Shown piece after piece: positions 10,059 through 20,002 of a stretch of 64,000 bases of DNA. The position numbers and the translations under genes are program-made. Numbering within the stretch: position 1 is the first letter of the stretch; every line of letters begins with the position of its first letter. Source of the DNA: Anaerohalosphaeraceae bacterium (GTDB lineage Bacteria > Planctomycetota > Phycisphaerae > Sedimentisphaerales > Anaerohalosphaeraceae); contig CAXXSL010000016.1 of the NCBI GenBank assembly GCA_963675525.2, positions 1 to 64,000 of the forward strand, given 5' to 3'. A model generated the notes under the pieces. It made no database searches. It saw nothing but the letters and a program-made list of their open reading frames with translations, and was not told the origin of the DNA.

Positions 10059-10622
10059 CTATTCGATCTCACACCATTTTGCCCCAAAAACGTCTGCCGT
10101 AAACAGATAAACCTCGACATCCGGATCGCTCCACGCATCGGCTCTCAATCCGGCCTTATGCACACAACAATAACTCAAAAACTCTTCCGTATCCCAGCCG
10201 GTTTCGGTCGCCACCTGCGGCAGAAAACAGCCGCTCGTTCGGCCGTCTGTAATATAAATACCGTCCACGCCCAACCGCAGACTCGATGGATCATCAGTCT
10301 TGACCATCGGCGACAGCACCGAAATCTCGATATCCAGCTTCGGTAATTCCGCAACCGTAATGGGGTCATTGCTAAAACGAGTGTCGTGCCTGCACGATGA
10401 CACCGCCATCTGGCTAACCATCTCGATCAGCGGCCGGTCAGCCACAAATTGCCCGATACACCCCCGAAGCTGCTCACCATTCTTCAACGTCACAAAACAC
10501 CCCTGCTCAACCAAAAGTTGCGGATCACTCGTCTCAGTCTCACAGACCGGCTTTCCTGAAACCACCGCTTCGACGGTTTCTTTTGCAATCTTTAACAACG
10601 TCTTTTTCTGCGTTTGATTCAT
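10059..10622 (-). CDS. amrA: AmmeMemoRadiSam system protein A (AMMECR1 domain)
   Basis: 'GCFVTL...LRGCIG', 'EISVLSP', 'FLPQVA', 'KAGL' signatures. Confidence 0.92.
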   Translation of the reverse strand: MNQTQKKTLLKIAKETVEAVVSGKPVCETETSDPQLLVEQGCFVTLKNGEQLRGCIGQFVADRPLIEMVSQMAVSSCRHDTRFSNDPITVAELPKLDIEISVLSPMVKTDDPSSLRLGVDGIYITDGRTSGCFLPQVATETGWDTEEFLSYCCVHKAGLRADAWSDPDVEVYLFTADVFGAKWCEIE

Positions 10623-10639
10623 CGGATTATACAGCCGCT

Positions 10640-11287
10640 TTATTCAAACAAATGAGCTGCTTTTTTTATAATAAACACAAGCACAACAAGTAATAAAATA
10701 ACAACAATGGTGGCGGTATTAAAATATTTTTCGATCAACCGACGGGCTTTTTCTCCAAATAAATAGAACAGCAGGCCTTCGCTCCCAAATCGCAACGTTC
10801 GAAAAACAATACTGACCGCAATAAACTTGGTCAGAGAAACCTCCGCCATTCCTCCCAGCCAGCTAAATAACATGTAGGGAACCGGTGTCAGCGCTGAAAT
10901 TGCGATAGCCCAGAAATCATATCGTTGGTAAAGTTCCAATGCCTGCTGAGCTTTATCACCTAACTGGATAGGTCCAATGCTCAATATATCAAAGAAATGT
11001 GTCACTCGTTCCGGTCCAATCGCCAAACCCAGACTAAATGCAATCGTTCCGCCCATCACCGAAAAAAGCGAACACAATAAGCCGTATTTCAAAGAATTTT
11101 TCGGCTTACCGAAACAAAGACCAATAACCAAAACGTCTGCTGGTATCGGTACACAAATTGGCTCGGTAATAGCAAGGATAATTAAGGCTAAGACCCCATA
11201 TCTCGTATCGGCCCAGTGGATCACCCAGTTATACAACCTGCGATGCCAGTGCCACCAGGCAACCTGTTGCGGTGCGTTTTCGGTCAT
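10640..11287 (-). CDS. YqaA/DedA (VTT domain) membrane protein
   Basis: 'RRLYNWV', 'PIPADVL', 'LTPVPY', 'RTLRF'; several TM helices. Confidence 0.85.
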   Translation of the reverse strand: MTENAPQQVAWWHWHRRLYNWVIHWADTRYGVLALIILAITEPICVPIPADVLVIGLCFGKPKNSLKYGLLCSLFSVMGGTIAFSLGLAIGPERVTHFFDILSIGPIQLGDKAQQALELYQRYDFWAIAISALTPVPYMLFSWLGGMAEVSLTKFIAVSIVFRTLRFGSEGLLFYLFGEKARRLIEKYFNTATIVVILLLVVLVFIIKKAAHLFE

Positions 11288-11391
11288 GAGGATCCCTTTA
11301 TAAAAAAAGTATTTGATTCCCGATAATGAAAGATGATATAGTGCAGGCTGTCTAAAGTCAAGAATTCCTAAACAAGGCTGCGATTAAATTC

Positions 11392-12291
11392 ATGACCCAT
11401 CAAACGCAATTTGAACAAACAGACAATGGCCTGCTGGTGCGCGCCCCGGCCAAGATCAATCTATCCCTGCTCATCACCGGCAAACGTCCGGACGGCTTTC
11501 ACGGCATTGAAACGCTCATGGCCAAGATCAACTGGTACGACGAATTGTTATTCGAACCGGGACAATCCGAGGGGATCGAACTGATTTGCATCGGCCCCCA
11601 TTGGGCACCCGACGGCGAGGAAAACCTCGTTTACCAGGCTTGTCGGAAACTCATGGAAAAAGCCGGGCGGAATATCCCCCTCCGCGTTACGCTCACCAAG
11701 AACATCCCCGCCGGCACCGGGTTGGGCAGTGCCAGCAGTGACGCCGCATCCGCTTTATTGGGGTTGAACAAATTCGCAAATCTAAATCAGCCGGATGATG
11801 TGCTGCATGAAATCTGTGCTTCGCTGGGCAGTGATATCAATTTCTTTTTAGGCGGACCGCTGGCCTATTGCACCGGACGAGGCGAAAAAATTCAGCAAAT
11901 TGACGGAAAATTCGACTTTTCGGCTCTTTTAATTATTCCAAGTATAAGTGTATCTACTAAAAGTGTTTATGAAAACTACACGCACGTCTTGGAAGTTTAT
12001 CACACACTTTCTGAAAAAATAAATCCACTTCTTGCCAAAAAGAGTGTTGATTCTGTAGCCAAAATGTGCGCAAATATGCTTGAATCGGCCTGTTTTCGGT
12101 TGAATCATGACCTGAAAACACTGAAGGAAACATGTGAAAGACTTTGCGGTACGAGAGTATGTCTCAGTGGCAGCGGCTCGGCCATGTATGTGTTAGTATC
12201 TGAGTTTGATGACAAGCTGCTGCGTCTGCAGAGAACGCTGAAAACGGATTGTAACTGCGAAAGCAGGTTCATCAACAACAATAGATGGTAA
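11392..12291 (+). CDS. ispE: 4-diphosphocytidyl-2-C-methyl-D-erythritol kinase
   Basis: 'APAKINL', 'KNIPAGTGLGSASSDAA', 'LSGSGS' GHMP motifs. Confidence 0.95.
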   Translation: MTHQTQFEQTDNGLLVRAPAKINLSLLITGKRPDGFHGIETLMAKINWYDELLFEPGQSEGIELICIGPHWAPDGEENLVYQACRKLMEKAGRNIPLRVTLTKNIPAGTGLGSASSDAASALLGLNKFANLNQPDDVLHEICASLGSDINFFLGGPLAYCTGRGEKIQQIDGKFDFSALLIIPSISVSTKSVYENYTHVLEVYHTLSEKINPLLAKKSVDSVAKMCANMLESACFRLNHDLKTLKETCERLCGTRVCLSGSGSAMYVLVSEFDDKLLRLQRTLKTDCNCESRFINNNRW

Positions 12292-12312
12292 CTTTTACAT
12301 GAGGCAGGCAAA

Positions 12313-12750
12313 ATGGAGATCAGCGAAGTCAGAGTCAAAATGGTGGCCAATCAGGACGATCGTCTCAAAGCATTCTGCTCAATGACCCTCGACAACGAAT
12401 TTGTCATTCGTGACATTAAGATCATTGAGGGAACCGGAGGGTTGTTTGTCGCAATGCCCTCTCGAAAAATGAGCGACCATTGCGGTAAATGCGGCGGGAA
12501 AAATCACCTCCGAGCCAAGTTCTGCAGTAATTGCGGCGGAAAGCTTTCTGAAAATCGGGTCAAGCCGGATGTACAGGGACGCATGAAACTTCATGCCGAC
12601 ATTGCTCACCCCATCAATGTTCAGTGCCGAAAAAAGATCCAGCAGGCGATTATTACCGCTTTCAATGAAGAGCTGGAAAAATCTCAACAACCGGGGTACA
12701 AGCCCATTGAGTTGGATGAGCCTGACTATTCCCATGATGAGCACGAATAA
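12313..12750 (+). CDS. spoVG: SpoVG family nucleic-acid-binding protein with inserted Zn ribbon
   Basis: 'MEISEVRVK...LFVAMPSRK...DIAHPIN' plus CxxC..CxxC insert. Confidence 0.92.
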   Translation: MEISEVRVKMVANQDDRLKAFCSMTLDNEFVIRDIKIIEGTGGLFVAMPSRKMSDHCGKCGGKNHLRAKFCSNCGGKLSENRVKPDVQGRMKLHADIAHPINVQCRKKIQQAIITAFNEELEKSQQPGYKPIELDEPDYSHDEHE

Positions 12751-12858
12751 GCAACGATAGCTTCTCTGCATAGACCCAAGCCCGGCAGAAGGACCTTTCG
12801 GTGAAGGATATCGCTTAAGCAGGACAACAATCAAGTCAAAAAGGCTAACCCCCAGAAG

Positions 12859-13161
12859 TTAGCCTTCGATAAGCAAATCTTCCAGTACTTTGTCCAAAGC
12901 CATCTCCATCCGGCTGTCTAATTCATCCTCCGGCTGGTCGATGAGGCGGCGTGCATGCTCAACTTTTTCGTAGCGGACCTCGGGCAGCGTTGAAATAACC
13001 TTCAAAAGCCTGCCCAGCGGACTTTCATAAATGCTGTCCAGCAACGAGTGGGCAATGAAATCCGAGTCAGCCGGGGTTTCGGAAAGCATCCGGTCCCGTT
13101 GGGCCAACAGACTGTTAACGCCGCTTTCTTCGATTCTGTTTGTTTTGTTGGTTGTTTTCAT
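12859..13161 (-). CDS. Small protein resembling the FlgM anti-sigma-28 C-terminus
   Basis: 'LPEVRYEKVEHARRLI...ALDKVLEDL' resembles FlgM; sigma-28 -10 box upstream. Confidence 0.55.
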   Translation of the reverse strand: MKTTNKTNRIEESGVNSLLAQRDRMLSETPADSDFIAHSLLDSIYESPLGRLLKVISTLPEVRYEKVEHARRLIDQPEDELDSRMEMALDKVLEDLLIEG

Positions 13162-13342
13162 AATATCTCACCTGACTGCGTGACCAGCAATACCGGGCTT
13201 CCTGCACCAGCATGCTGCCCAGTGGCCAAATTGAAGCATCCCATGGCCACCTCTTGTTGATATTACCTCGCGTCCTTTATGAGGCATTTAAATTCAACGA
13301 TCAAGTCTTTTCGGCCGAGACCACAATATGTAGTGTACTGAA

Positions 13343-13350
13343 TTATCGGC
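13343..13350 (-). promoter_or_regulatory. Sigma-28-type -10 element (GCCGATAA)
   Basis: Exact consensus on the minus strand upstream of the FlgM-like gene; no good -35 at the canonical spacing. Confidence 0.4.
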
Positions 13351-13832
13351 CTTTTGGGCTTCTATCGCCCGTTCCAATACTGGTATCGTCAGGTTAATTT
13401 GGAATTCTTCAATGTTTTTTCAAATTCTTTTAACTTGCTTTCTATGCACAATTTATGGATTTTTAGTCCGATTATACGCTTTTTGATGCTATAAAAGCCC
13501 TTCCCGGGCTTCCCATATCCCCCAATTTATATTCCGCCGTGAGAAGCTGGTAAGATTAGAGAACACACAAGATATGGTTTTTAAAAAAAATATGACATAT
13601 TTCTTCGCTGTCAGAAATTTCGGATAATTATCGGATGTTCGTGTAAATAATTGCCAATCCTTATATATATAAGGACTGGCGTCCGGATTCCGGATCAAGT
13701 CCGACCTAACAAACAGACGATCATTTCCTGTGAGCAATTTAATCTTTGACCTTTCACTTTATCCTGTATCCGTTTATAATCCGCGGCTTTGTGAGAACCC
13801 GAACAGCCGCCTTTGTGTTAATAAGCGAACCC

Positions 13833-14642
13833 ATGAAAAATATAATCTATGCAAATCATTGGCAGCCGTATTTTGAGCATCACGGTTTGCGCTCATTTGA
13901 CGATTTTTTCAATTACGAAGACGGCGAAACCATCAATCAGAATACCAAACGCAATGTCGTGGTTCTTAAGCTGCCGCATAATAACCACACCAAGACCTTT
14001 TTCATGAAGCGATTTTTTAATCCGCATTTCAAGGATATGCTGTTTACCCTCCGTAACTTCGGCAAACTCTGCTCACAGGGCGAACTGGAATGGCGTAACG
14101 CCAACATCCTGCTGCAGCACGGCATCGAAACCTATCACCCTGCCTGCTTCGGTGTCAACGCCGTCTGCGGCATCGAGCGACGGTCGTTCTTCATCACCGA
14201 AGAGATCAACGGCTGCTGTTTGCAGGATTACCTGATCGAATACTGGTCGGGTTTGGAGGGCAGGGATAAAGCGGCGCTTGTCGTTAAGCTGGCCAATTTC
14301 TTTAAGAAAATCCATACCGCCCGCATCAGTTTGCCCGACGCCTATATCTGGCATGTCTATATGGTCAAAAACATTGACAACGCCGCGGACTTCGACTTTG
14401 GCATGATCGACCTACATCGCATGCAGATCAACACCCGCGGGACAAAACAGGCCGCTGAGAACCTGGGGCGGTTCTTTTTCAGCCTGCCGGAAGGGTTCAT
14501 GGATGAGGGTCTGCGAGAGGTGTTTCTCAAACAATACCTGAAAGCTGAGTTCATTGAAGACAAACTCGCATTCATAGACGCCATAAACAAACGCGAAAAA
14601 TCACTCCTGAAACGCAGAAAGAAAAGACCGATCAAAATTTAG
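13833..14642 (+). CDS. Lipopolysaccharide kinase (InaA/Kdo/WaaP family)
   Basis: 'FMKRF', 'EWRNA', 'SFFITEEI', 'MIDLHR'; ATG 13833 preferred. Confidence 0.85.
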   Translation: MKNIIYANHWQPYFEHHGLRSFDDFFNYEDGETINQNTKRNVVVLKLPHNNHTKTFFMKRFFNPHFKDMLFTLRNFGKLCSQGELEWRNANILLQHGIETYHPACFGVNAVCGIERRSFFITEEINGCCLQDYLIEYWSGLEGRDKAALVVKLANFFKKIHTARISLPDAYIWHVYMVKNIDNAADFDFGMIDLHRMQINTRGTKQAAENLGRFFFSLPEGFMDEGLREVFLKQYLKAEFIEDKLAFIDAINKREKSLLKRRKKRPIKI

Positions 14643-14699
14643 TTTTGAGTTTTGAATTCACCGTTCTTGGTTGTGGAAATCCTCCGGATGGCTGTTTAA

Positions 14700-14870
14700 A
14701 TAGATCCCGGCTTCCACTTCGACTGTGCTCAGGGCTAAAGGCTTTTTCGGAATGACAAGAAGTGCCGGCAAGATGCCGGCGTTACAAATCACCCCCTCTA
14801 CCCTTCCGCCTTCGCTCTTCGAGCTACGTCGGACAAGTCGGGGTACTGGCCCTTGACAGGGGGAGAGTTT
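14700..14870. repeat. Cluster of REP-like short palindromic elements
   Basis: GATCCCGG...CGGAATGAC, CTTCGACTGTGCTCAG, GCCGGCAAGATGCCGGC and CCGCCTTCGCTCTTCGAGCTACGTCGG packed between convergent genes. Confidence 0.6.
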
Positions 14871-14970
14871 TAATTTTTAAAAAGTATCCGCGTCGTCGGC
14901 GTCGCGTAAGGTTTTTCACGTATCCGTCCCCTGCGCTGGCGCTTCGGGCTTTTGTGGGGTTTGATCTGTA

Positions 14971-16323
14971 TTATTTCATGAGGGCGATGATTTTTGCCAG
15001 ATCGTTTTCGACCTGTACGGGGGGGTTGCTGAATTCTCTTGCCTGTTTGCTGTGGTAGTTGACTGTCGCATTGGGGTCTTTTAGGAGGTGGCCTGTCAGG
15101 ACGCAGGCGACGCGCTGGTCTTTGCCGACCGTACCGTTGGCGAGCAGGTATTTGAGTCCGGCAATCGTCGCCGCCGAAGCCGGTTCGCAGCCGAGGCCGT
15201 ATTTGCCGACCTGTGCTTTGGCATCGAGGATTTCCTCATCGGTTACATCCAGCACAACACCGTCACAGACTTCCAATGCGCGGAGGCATTTTTTCAGATT
15301 GACCGGACGTGAGATTTCGATGGCCGAGGCAATCGTGTCGGGCCGGTAGCCGGTGGCGTCGAGATTGGCGAAATAGTCATCGGCGATTTTGTTGTCAACG
15401 TTACCGCCATTCCACCTGAGCCCCTTGTCGTTGACCAGTTCGGTCAGCGTATTGGCACCGGCAGCGTTAATCACCGCCAGACGCGGGATGCGGTCGATGA
15501 GGCCGATTTCTTTGAGTTCGGCAAAGGCCTTTCCGAATGAGCTGGAGTTTCCGAGATTACCGCCGGGGACGATAATCCAGTCGGGTATTTGCCAGCGGAG
15601 CCCTTCGATAATGCGCAGCATGATGGTTTTCTGTCCTTCCAGCCGGAACGGATTGAGCGAATTGACGAGGTAGATATTCAGTTGGGTGCAGACATCCTGC
15701 ACCTGCTTCATGCAGTCGTCGAAGTCCCCTGCCACCTGTATCGTGTGGGCGCCGAAATCCATCGACTGGCTGAGTTTGCCGAAGGCGATCTTACCCTCGC
15801 CGATGAAGACGGTGGCTTTCAGGCCGCAGCTATGGGCGTACAGCGCCATCGAGGCGGATGTGTTGCCGGTTGAAGCGCAGGCACTGGCGGCGGCGTTGAC
15901 CATTTTCGCATGGCTGAACGCGGCGGTCATGCCGTTGTCCTTGAACGAGCCGGAGGGGTTCATGCCTTCGTACTGCAAAAACAGCGACGACGGGTCCATG
16001 CCTAATTCCTGTGCCAGGCCGCAATTTTGCTGCAGGAGTGTCTGGCCTTCGCCGACGGAGACTTTGTATTGGTCGTCACAGAAGCTCAGCAGTTCACGAA
16101 AACGCCAGACGCCGGAAAAATCGAGGCGATTGTCGCGGGTCGCCCAACGCTTGCCGAAATCGCTGAGCTTTTGGGGAAGCTGTATCTTGTCCCAGTTGTA
16201 CTTAACATCCAGCAAATCGCCGCAGGCCGGGCATTTGAAATGGACCTCGGAGCAGTCATATTCTGCGCCGCAGGCGATGTTGATACACTTCTGATAGGCT
16301 TTGGTCTCGGTACTCATGTTCAT
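14971..16323 (-). CDS. thrC: Threonine synthase
   Basis: 'NPSGSFKD' PLP lysine, 'ASTGNTSAS', 'PGGNLGN', 'EPASAA', 'LTGH'; N-terminal Cys cluster. Confidence 0.95.
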   Translation of the reverse strand: MNMSTETKAYQKCINIACGAEYDCSEVHFKCPACGDLLDVKYNWDKIQLPQKLSDFGKRWATRDNRLDFSGVWRFRELLSFCDDQYKVSVGEGQTLLQQNCGLAQELGMDPSSLFLQYEGMNPSGSFKDNGMTAAFSHAKMVNAAASACASTGNTSASMALYAHSCGLKATVFIGEGKIAFGKLSQSMDFGAHTIQVAGDFDDCMKQVQDVCTQLNIYLVNSLNPFRLEGQKTIMLRIIEGLRWQIPDWIIVPGGNLGNSSSFGKAFAELKEIGLIDRIPRLAVINAAGANTLTELVNDKGLRWNGGNVDNKIADDYFANLDATGYRPDTIASAIEISRPVNLKKCLRALEVCDGVVLDVTDEEILDAKAQVGKYGLGCEPASAATIAGLKYLLANGTVGKDQRVACVLTGHLLKDPNATVNYHSKQAREFSNPPVQVENDLAKIIALMK

Positions 16324-17117
16324 CCTTTATGGCAAACAGGTTGATTCTGTTCGGAGTTAATGTTGGCATCTTCTAAACAAGCGATCTTTTCAATCATTTC
16401 CGGCAATTCGGCCAGGCTGTTGATAAACGCAACGTCGACGGGAATGGTTTTGTTTCTGTTGGTATAGGCTTTGACCAGAACGGGCAGCATCCCGACTTTT
16501 CGGGCGCCGACCACATCATTATCGATCCGGTCGCCGACATAAATAATCTTTTCACAATCGACACCGATTTTTTTTGCCCCCTCTCTGAAAATCCGCTCAT
16601 CCGGCTTTCGCCATGGATAGTCATAGGTATAGAGCCGCACCGGCAGATAGTCGAGCAGTCCGGCCTGCTGCAAATGGCGTTCGAGGCTGCTTTTATGGAT
16701 GAACGTATTGGACAGAAGCCCCAGTTTTAATCCCATTTGCTGAAGTCTTTGCAGCATGTCTTTCGTGCCGTCAGGCGCACCGCCGACATCGGCGAGTCCC
16801 TTATACCACTGCCAATTCAGTTCTTCCCATTGCGCATCCGACAGCGTAAAGCTTCTTTTGCGGCCATACTCTTTGAGCAGTTCCAATGAATCAAAATCGT
16901 TGCCGGTCACCCATGATTTGAAAACATGCCAGCGAATGCCCCACAAATAGAACAACCGATAGGCGCCATAGGAGCCTACCGGCTGTGATTGTTCTTTTAA
17001 ATACGCGTAGGATCGATCGACCGCTTCGGCAAATAGCCTGTCACGGTCCATCCTGCCAAACGTCAGCAGGGTTTCTCCCAAATCAAACAGAACAGCTTCA
17101 ATTCTTCGTTCGCTCAA
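16320..17117 (-). CDS. HAD-superfamily hydrolase
   Basis: 'FDLGETL', 'LSN', 'KPDERIF', 'VGDRIDND'. Confidence 0.92.
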   Translation of the reverse strand: MSERRIEAVLFDLGETLLTFGRMDRDRLFAEAVDRSYAYLKEQSQPVGSYGAYRLFYLWGIRWHVFKSWVTGNDFDSLELLKEYGRKRSFTLSDAQWEELNWQWYKGLADVGGAPDGTKDMLQRLQQMGLKLGLLSNTFIHKSSLERHLQQAGLLDYLPVRLYTYDYPWRKPDERIFREGAKKIGVDCEKIIYVGDRIDNDVVGARKVGMLPVLVKAYTNRNKTIPVDVAFINSLAELPEMIEKIACLEDANINSEQNQPVCHKG

Positions 17118-17121
17118 TAGA

Positions 17122-18447
17122 TTACCTCAGCGGAGGGAGATTTTTGCCAAAAATTTCTTGTGCCCAGGCAATCATTTCGTCGTCGGAAATGGTTGAAATC
17201 CGGTCGGCGGCATATTCGGCGTCAATCTTATCCTTGATCGCGATCACATGCTGATCGTGCTTGGGAATATCGACATTGTACCGTTCCTCGAGCCAGTGCT
17301 TAATGCCGGCGGCGCCGGACTTATCCGTAATTGCCACGCCGACCTGGCGTTTGAGCAATTTCAGCGTATCAAAACAGTTGTAAATTTCCTCGTTCTTGAG
17401 CAGCCCATCGGCGTGAATGCCGGCACGGGTCACATTAAAATCTTTTCCGACCAGCGGGTAATTGGTCGGGAGATTAAAGTTCAATTCCTTATGGGCATAC
17501 TGCGCCAGTTCGGTGATCGCCTCATAATTAATTTTGGGGTTCGTTCCGCAAAGCTGTGCATGCTCCACCACCAGCGCTTCCAGCGGCGGATTGCCGGTCC
17601 GCTCGCCGACACCGAAGATCGCACAGTTGGCCGCACAGCAGCCATACAGCCACCCGACCGCGGCACAGACTTCGACTTTATGGAAGTCGTTGTGGCCGTG
17701 CCATTCAAGCCATTCGGCGGGAACACCGATCTTACGCAGCCCCGCAATCAGTTTGGGCAAGGACCGGGGCAGTTTGGCATTCGGATACGGTACGGCAAAG
17801 CCCAGCGTATCGCAGAGTCGGATCTTGACGGGGCTGTTGTACTGCTGAGACAACTTCATCAACTCAGCGGCAAACGGCAGCACAAAACCGTCATAGTCGG
17901 CCCGCGTAATATCTTCAAGGTGGCACCGCGGGATGATACCGTTGTCGAGGGCAGCCTTGACAATATTCAAATAGGACTCCATCGCCTGGGCCCGGGTCTT
18001 TTTGAGCTTCAGGAAAATATGATAGTCACTGGCACTGGTCAAAATACCGGTTTCTTTGAGGCCCAGTTGCGTCACAAATTTGAAGTCTGCGGCCACCGCG
18101 CGAATCCAGCCGGTAATTTCGGGGAATTCGTATCCGCGTTCCCGGCACAGCTCAACGGCCTTGCGGTCCTTCTCCGAATAGAGGAAAAACTCGCTCTGGC
18201 GAATCAGGTCGGTCCCGCTGTTGATCTGGTGGAAGAAATCATAGATTCGCAATATCTGTTCCGGCAGATAGGGCGGACGGGACTGCTGGCCGTCACGAAA
18301 CGTGGTATCGGTAATCCATACTTTCTCCGGGATTTCCATGGGAACCGTTGCGTCTTCAAAAAAGACCTTCGGAAATTCCGTATATGGAAATGTCTCACGG
18401 TATAAATTCGGTCTTTCAACATCCTGCAGTTTGATATCCTGCGTCAT
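17122..18447 (-). CDS. Re-citrate synthase (isopropylmalate/homocitrate synthase family)
   Basis: 'ITDTTFRDGQQS', 'RCHLEDITRAD', 'EWHGHNDF', 'GERTGN' and the 'PNLYRETFPY' N-terminus of the Re-citrate synthase subfamily. Confidence 0.85.
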   Translation of the reverse strand: MTQDIKLQDVERPNLYRETFPYTEFPKVFFEDATVPMEIPEKVWITDTTFRDGQQSRPPYLPEQILRIYDFFHQINSGTDLIRQSEFFLYSEKDRKAVELCRERGYEFPEITGWIRAVAADFKFVTQLGLKETGILTSASDYHIFLKLKKTRAQAMESYLNIVKAALDNGIIPRCHLEDITRADYDGFVLPFAAELMKLSQQYNSPVKIRLCDTLGFAVPYPNAKLPRSLPKLIAGLRKIGVPAEWLEWHGHNDFHKVEVCAAVGWLYGCCAANCAIFGVGERTGNPPLEALVVEHAQLCGTNPKINYEAITELAQYAHKELNFNLPTNYPLVGKDFNVTRAGIHADGLLKNEEIYNCFDTLKLLKRQVGVAITDKSGAAGIKHWLEERYNVDIPKHDQHVIAIKDKIDAEYAADRISTISDDEMIAWAQEIFGKNLPPLR

Positions 18448-18524
18448 TTATTTACCTCCATGACAAAGTTAACTTCTTGATTCCACTGTGCTTGCGCCAC
18501 TGGCCGCTCAGTGAGAATCTGATT

Positions 18525-18608
18525 TAGCCGAGGTGGGAGTCGAACCCACACGTCCTTTACGGACAGGGGATTTTAAATCCCCAGCGTCTGCCATTCCGCC
18601 ACTCGGCC
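18525..18608 (-). tRNA. tRNA-Leu (TAA)
   Basis: Cloverleaf with GGGGA-TT-TAA-AA-TCCCC arm, long variable arm and GTTCGACTC T-loop; CCA not encoded. Confidence 0.95.
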
Positions 18609-18658
18609 ACTCTATACGCCGGGCAAACAATAGCAGTTCGCCCGTTTTTGAACGCTGT

Positions 18659-18686
18659 ATTATAGACAAGAAAAGAAGATTTTCAA
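18659..18686 (-). promoter_or_regulatory. Sigma-70 promoter of tRNA-Leu
   Basis: TTGAAA-N16-TATAAT on the minus strand. Confidence 0.65.
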
Positions 18687-18872
18687 GAAAATCCCGTCAG
18701 ATGAACAAAAAACGCTGTCTGAATTTTAAACATGAAAATATAACATAAAATAAAATGGACTTCTTTTGTCCAAATGAAGCTTTTCGTCTCTTTTTGCTTA
18801 ATTGGCCCTCAATTATAGACGACAGTAACCATACAGTGTAAACCGGCTAAGAACGGCATCTTGAGCTAAGCA

Positions 18873-19991
18873 ATGAAAACTTATTTCGAGTTAACAAGGA
18901 AAAAAGTCATGCAAAACGCAGCAATTAAAGGATTTTTGGGGTCCATTACAGCCGTCGTTATCATCGTTTGTATCTTCACTTTTTTCAAATCGAATCAAAG
19001 CAGTTCTCTTCCTGCACAGGCAGACGCATCGCAGCTACTCCTTAAGCCTGAGAATATAAAGCCGAAAGTGCTGTTTGTGGATTCTTATCACAAAGGATAT
19101 CTCTGGAGTGAAGGTATATTGGAAGGCGTCCTCAGCGTATTTGATGGGAAACTTCTGGAAACAGACACCGTTGACTGCTCCGACAGTCCGATAAATCTGC
19201 GTGTCGTGCGAATGGACACCAAACGGAATCAGTCAGAAGACTTCATGGTACAGGCCGGCACCCAAGTAAAGGATATAATTGACACATGGGAACCGGATAT
19301 CGTTATTACATCCGATGACAATGCGGCGCAATATGTTATTGTCCCCTATTATTTTGATTCGGACCTTCCTTTCGTATTTTGCGGAATCAATTGGGATGCA
19401 AGCAGTTACGGTTTCCCATGCAATAATGTAACGGGGATGATCGAAGTCGATTTGCTTGACAATATGCTGGCAACCATGCGGCAATATGCCAAGGGGCCGC
19501 GAGTCGGTATTCTCGGGGCCGATAATGTCTCAAACCGGAAAGCGGCCGACAACTATGTCAACAAGCTTGGACTGACATTCAATGAAAAAGTGTTTGTCAA
19601 TACCCTGCCGGAAATGAAAGACGCTTTCCTGGATCTTCAGGACAAAGTAGACATGCTGATTTTGATGCCTCCTTCTTTTATTGATACCGAAGAAGAAATT
19701 GCCGAAGCGAAGAAATTCATGCTTGAAAACACAACGATCATTACCGGCAGTGTCGAATCATGGATTGCCCCCTACACCTTGTTTTGCTTCGGCAAATCCG
19801 CCGAAGAACTGGGGACATGGGCTGCGTTAACCGCCCTGAAAATTCTAGACGGGACATCACCTGCAGCAATTCCGCTGATCCAGAACCAACAGGCCGTCAT
19901 GCACTTAAACATGGCCATGGCAAAGAATATGAACATTCTTTTTCCAGTCGATATGATTGAACAGGCAACGATCGTAACCGGACTGGAATAA
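18873..19991 (+). CDS. ABC-type substrate-binding-fold sensor protein
   Basis: N-terminal TM, '[11 protein letters not shown]', 'MDTKRN', 'SDDNA', 'VFCGIN', 'NVTG'; no ABC permease nearby, directly upstream of a kinase. Confidence 0.8.
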   Translation: MKTYFELTRKKVMQNAAIKGFLGSITAVVIIVCIFTFFKSNQSSSLPAQADASQLLLKPENIKPKVLFVDSYHKGYLWSEGILEGVLSVFDGKLLETDTVDCSDSPINLRVVRMDTKRNQSEDFMVQAGTQVKDIIDTWEPDIVITSDDNAAQYVIVPYYFDSDLPFVFCGINWDASSYGFPCNNVTGMIEVDLLDNMLATMRQYAKGPRVGILGADNVSNRKAADNYVNKLGLTFNEKVFVNTLPEMKDAFLDLQDKVDMLILMPPSFIDTEEEIAEAKKFMLENTTIITGSVESWIAPYTLFCFGKSAEELGTWAALTALKILDGTSPAAIPLIQNQQAVMHLNMAMAKNMNILFPVDMIEQATIVTGLE

Positions 19992-20002
19992 AAGGAAAAA
20001 CA

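Noticed and set aside
17248..18405. 385-aa plus-strand ORF
   Set aside because: Antisense shadow of the Re-citrate synthase gene.
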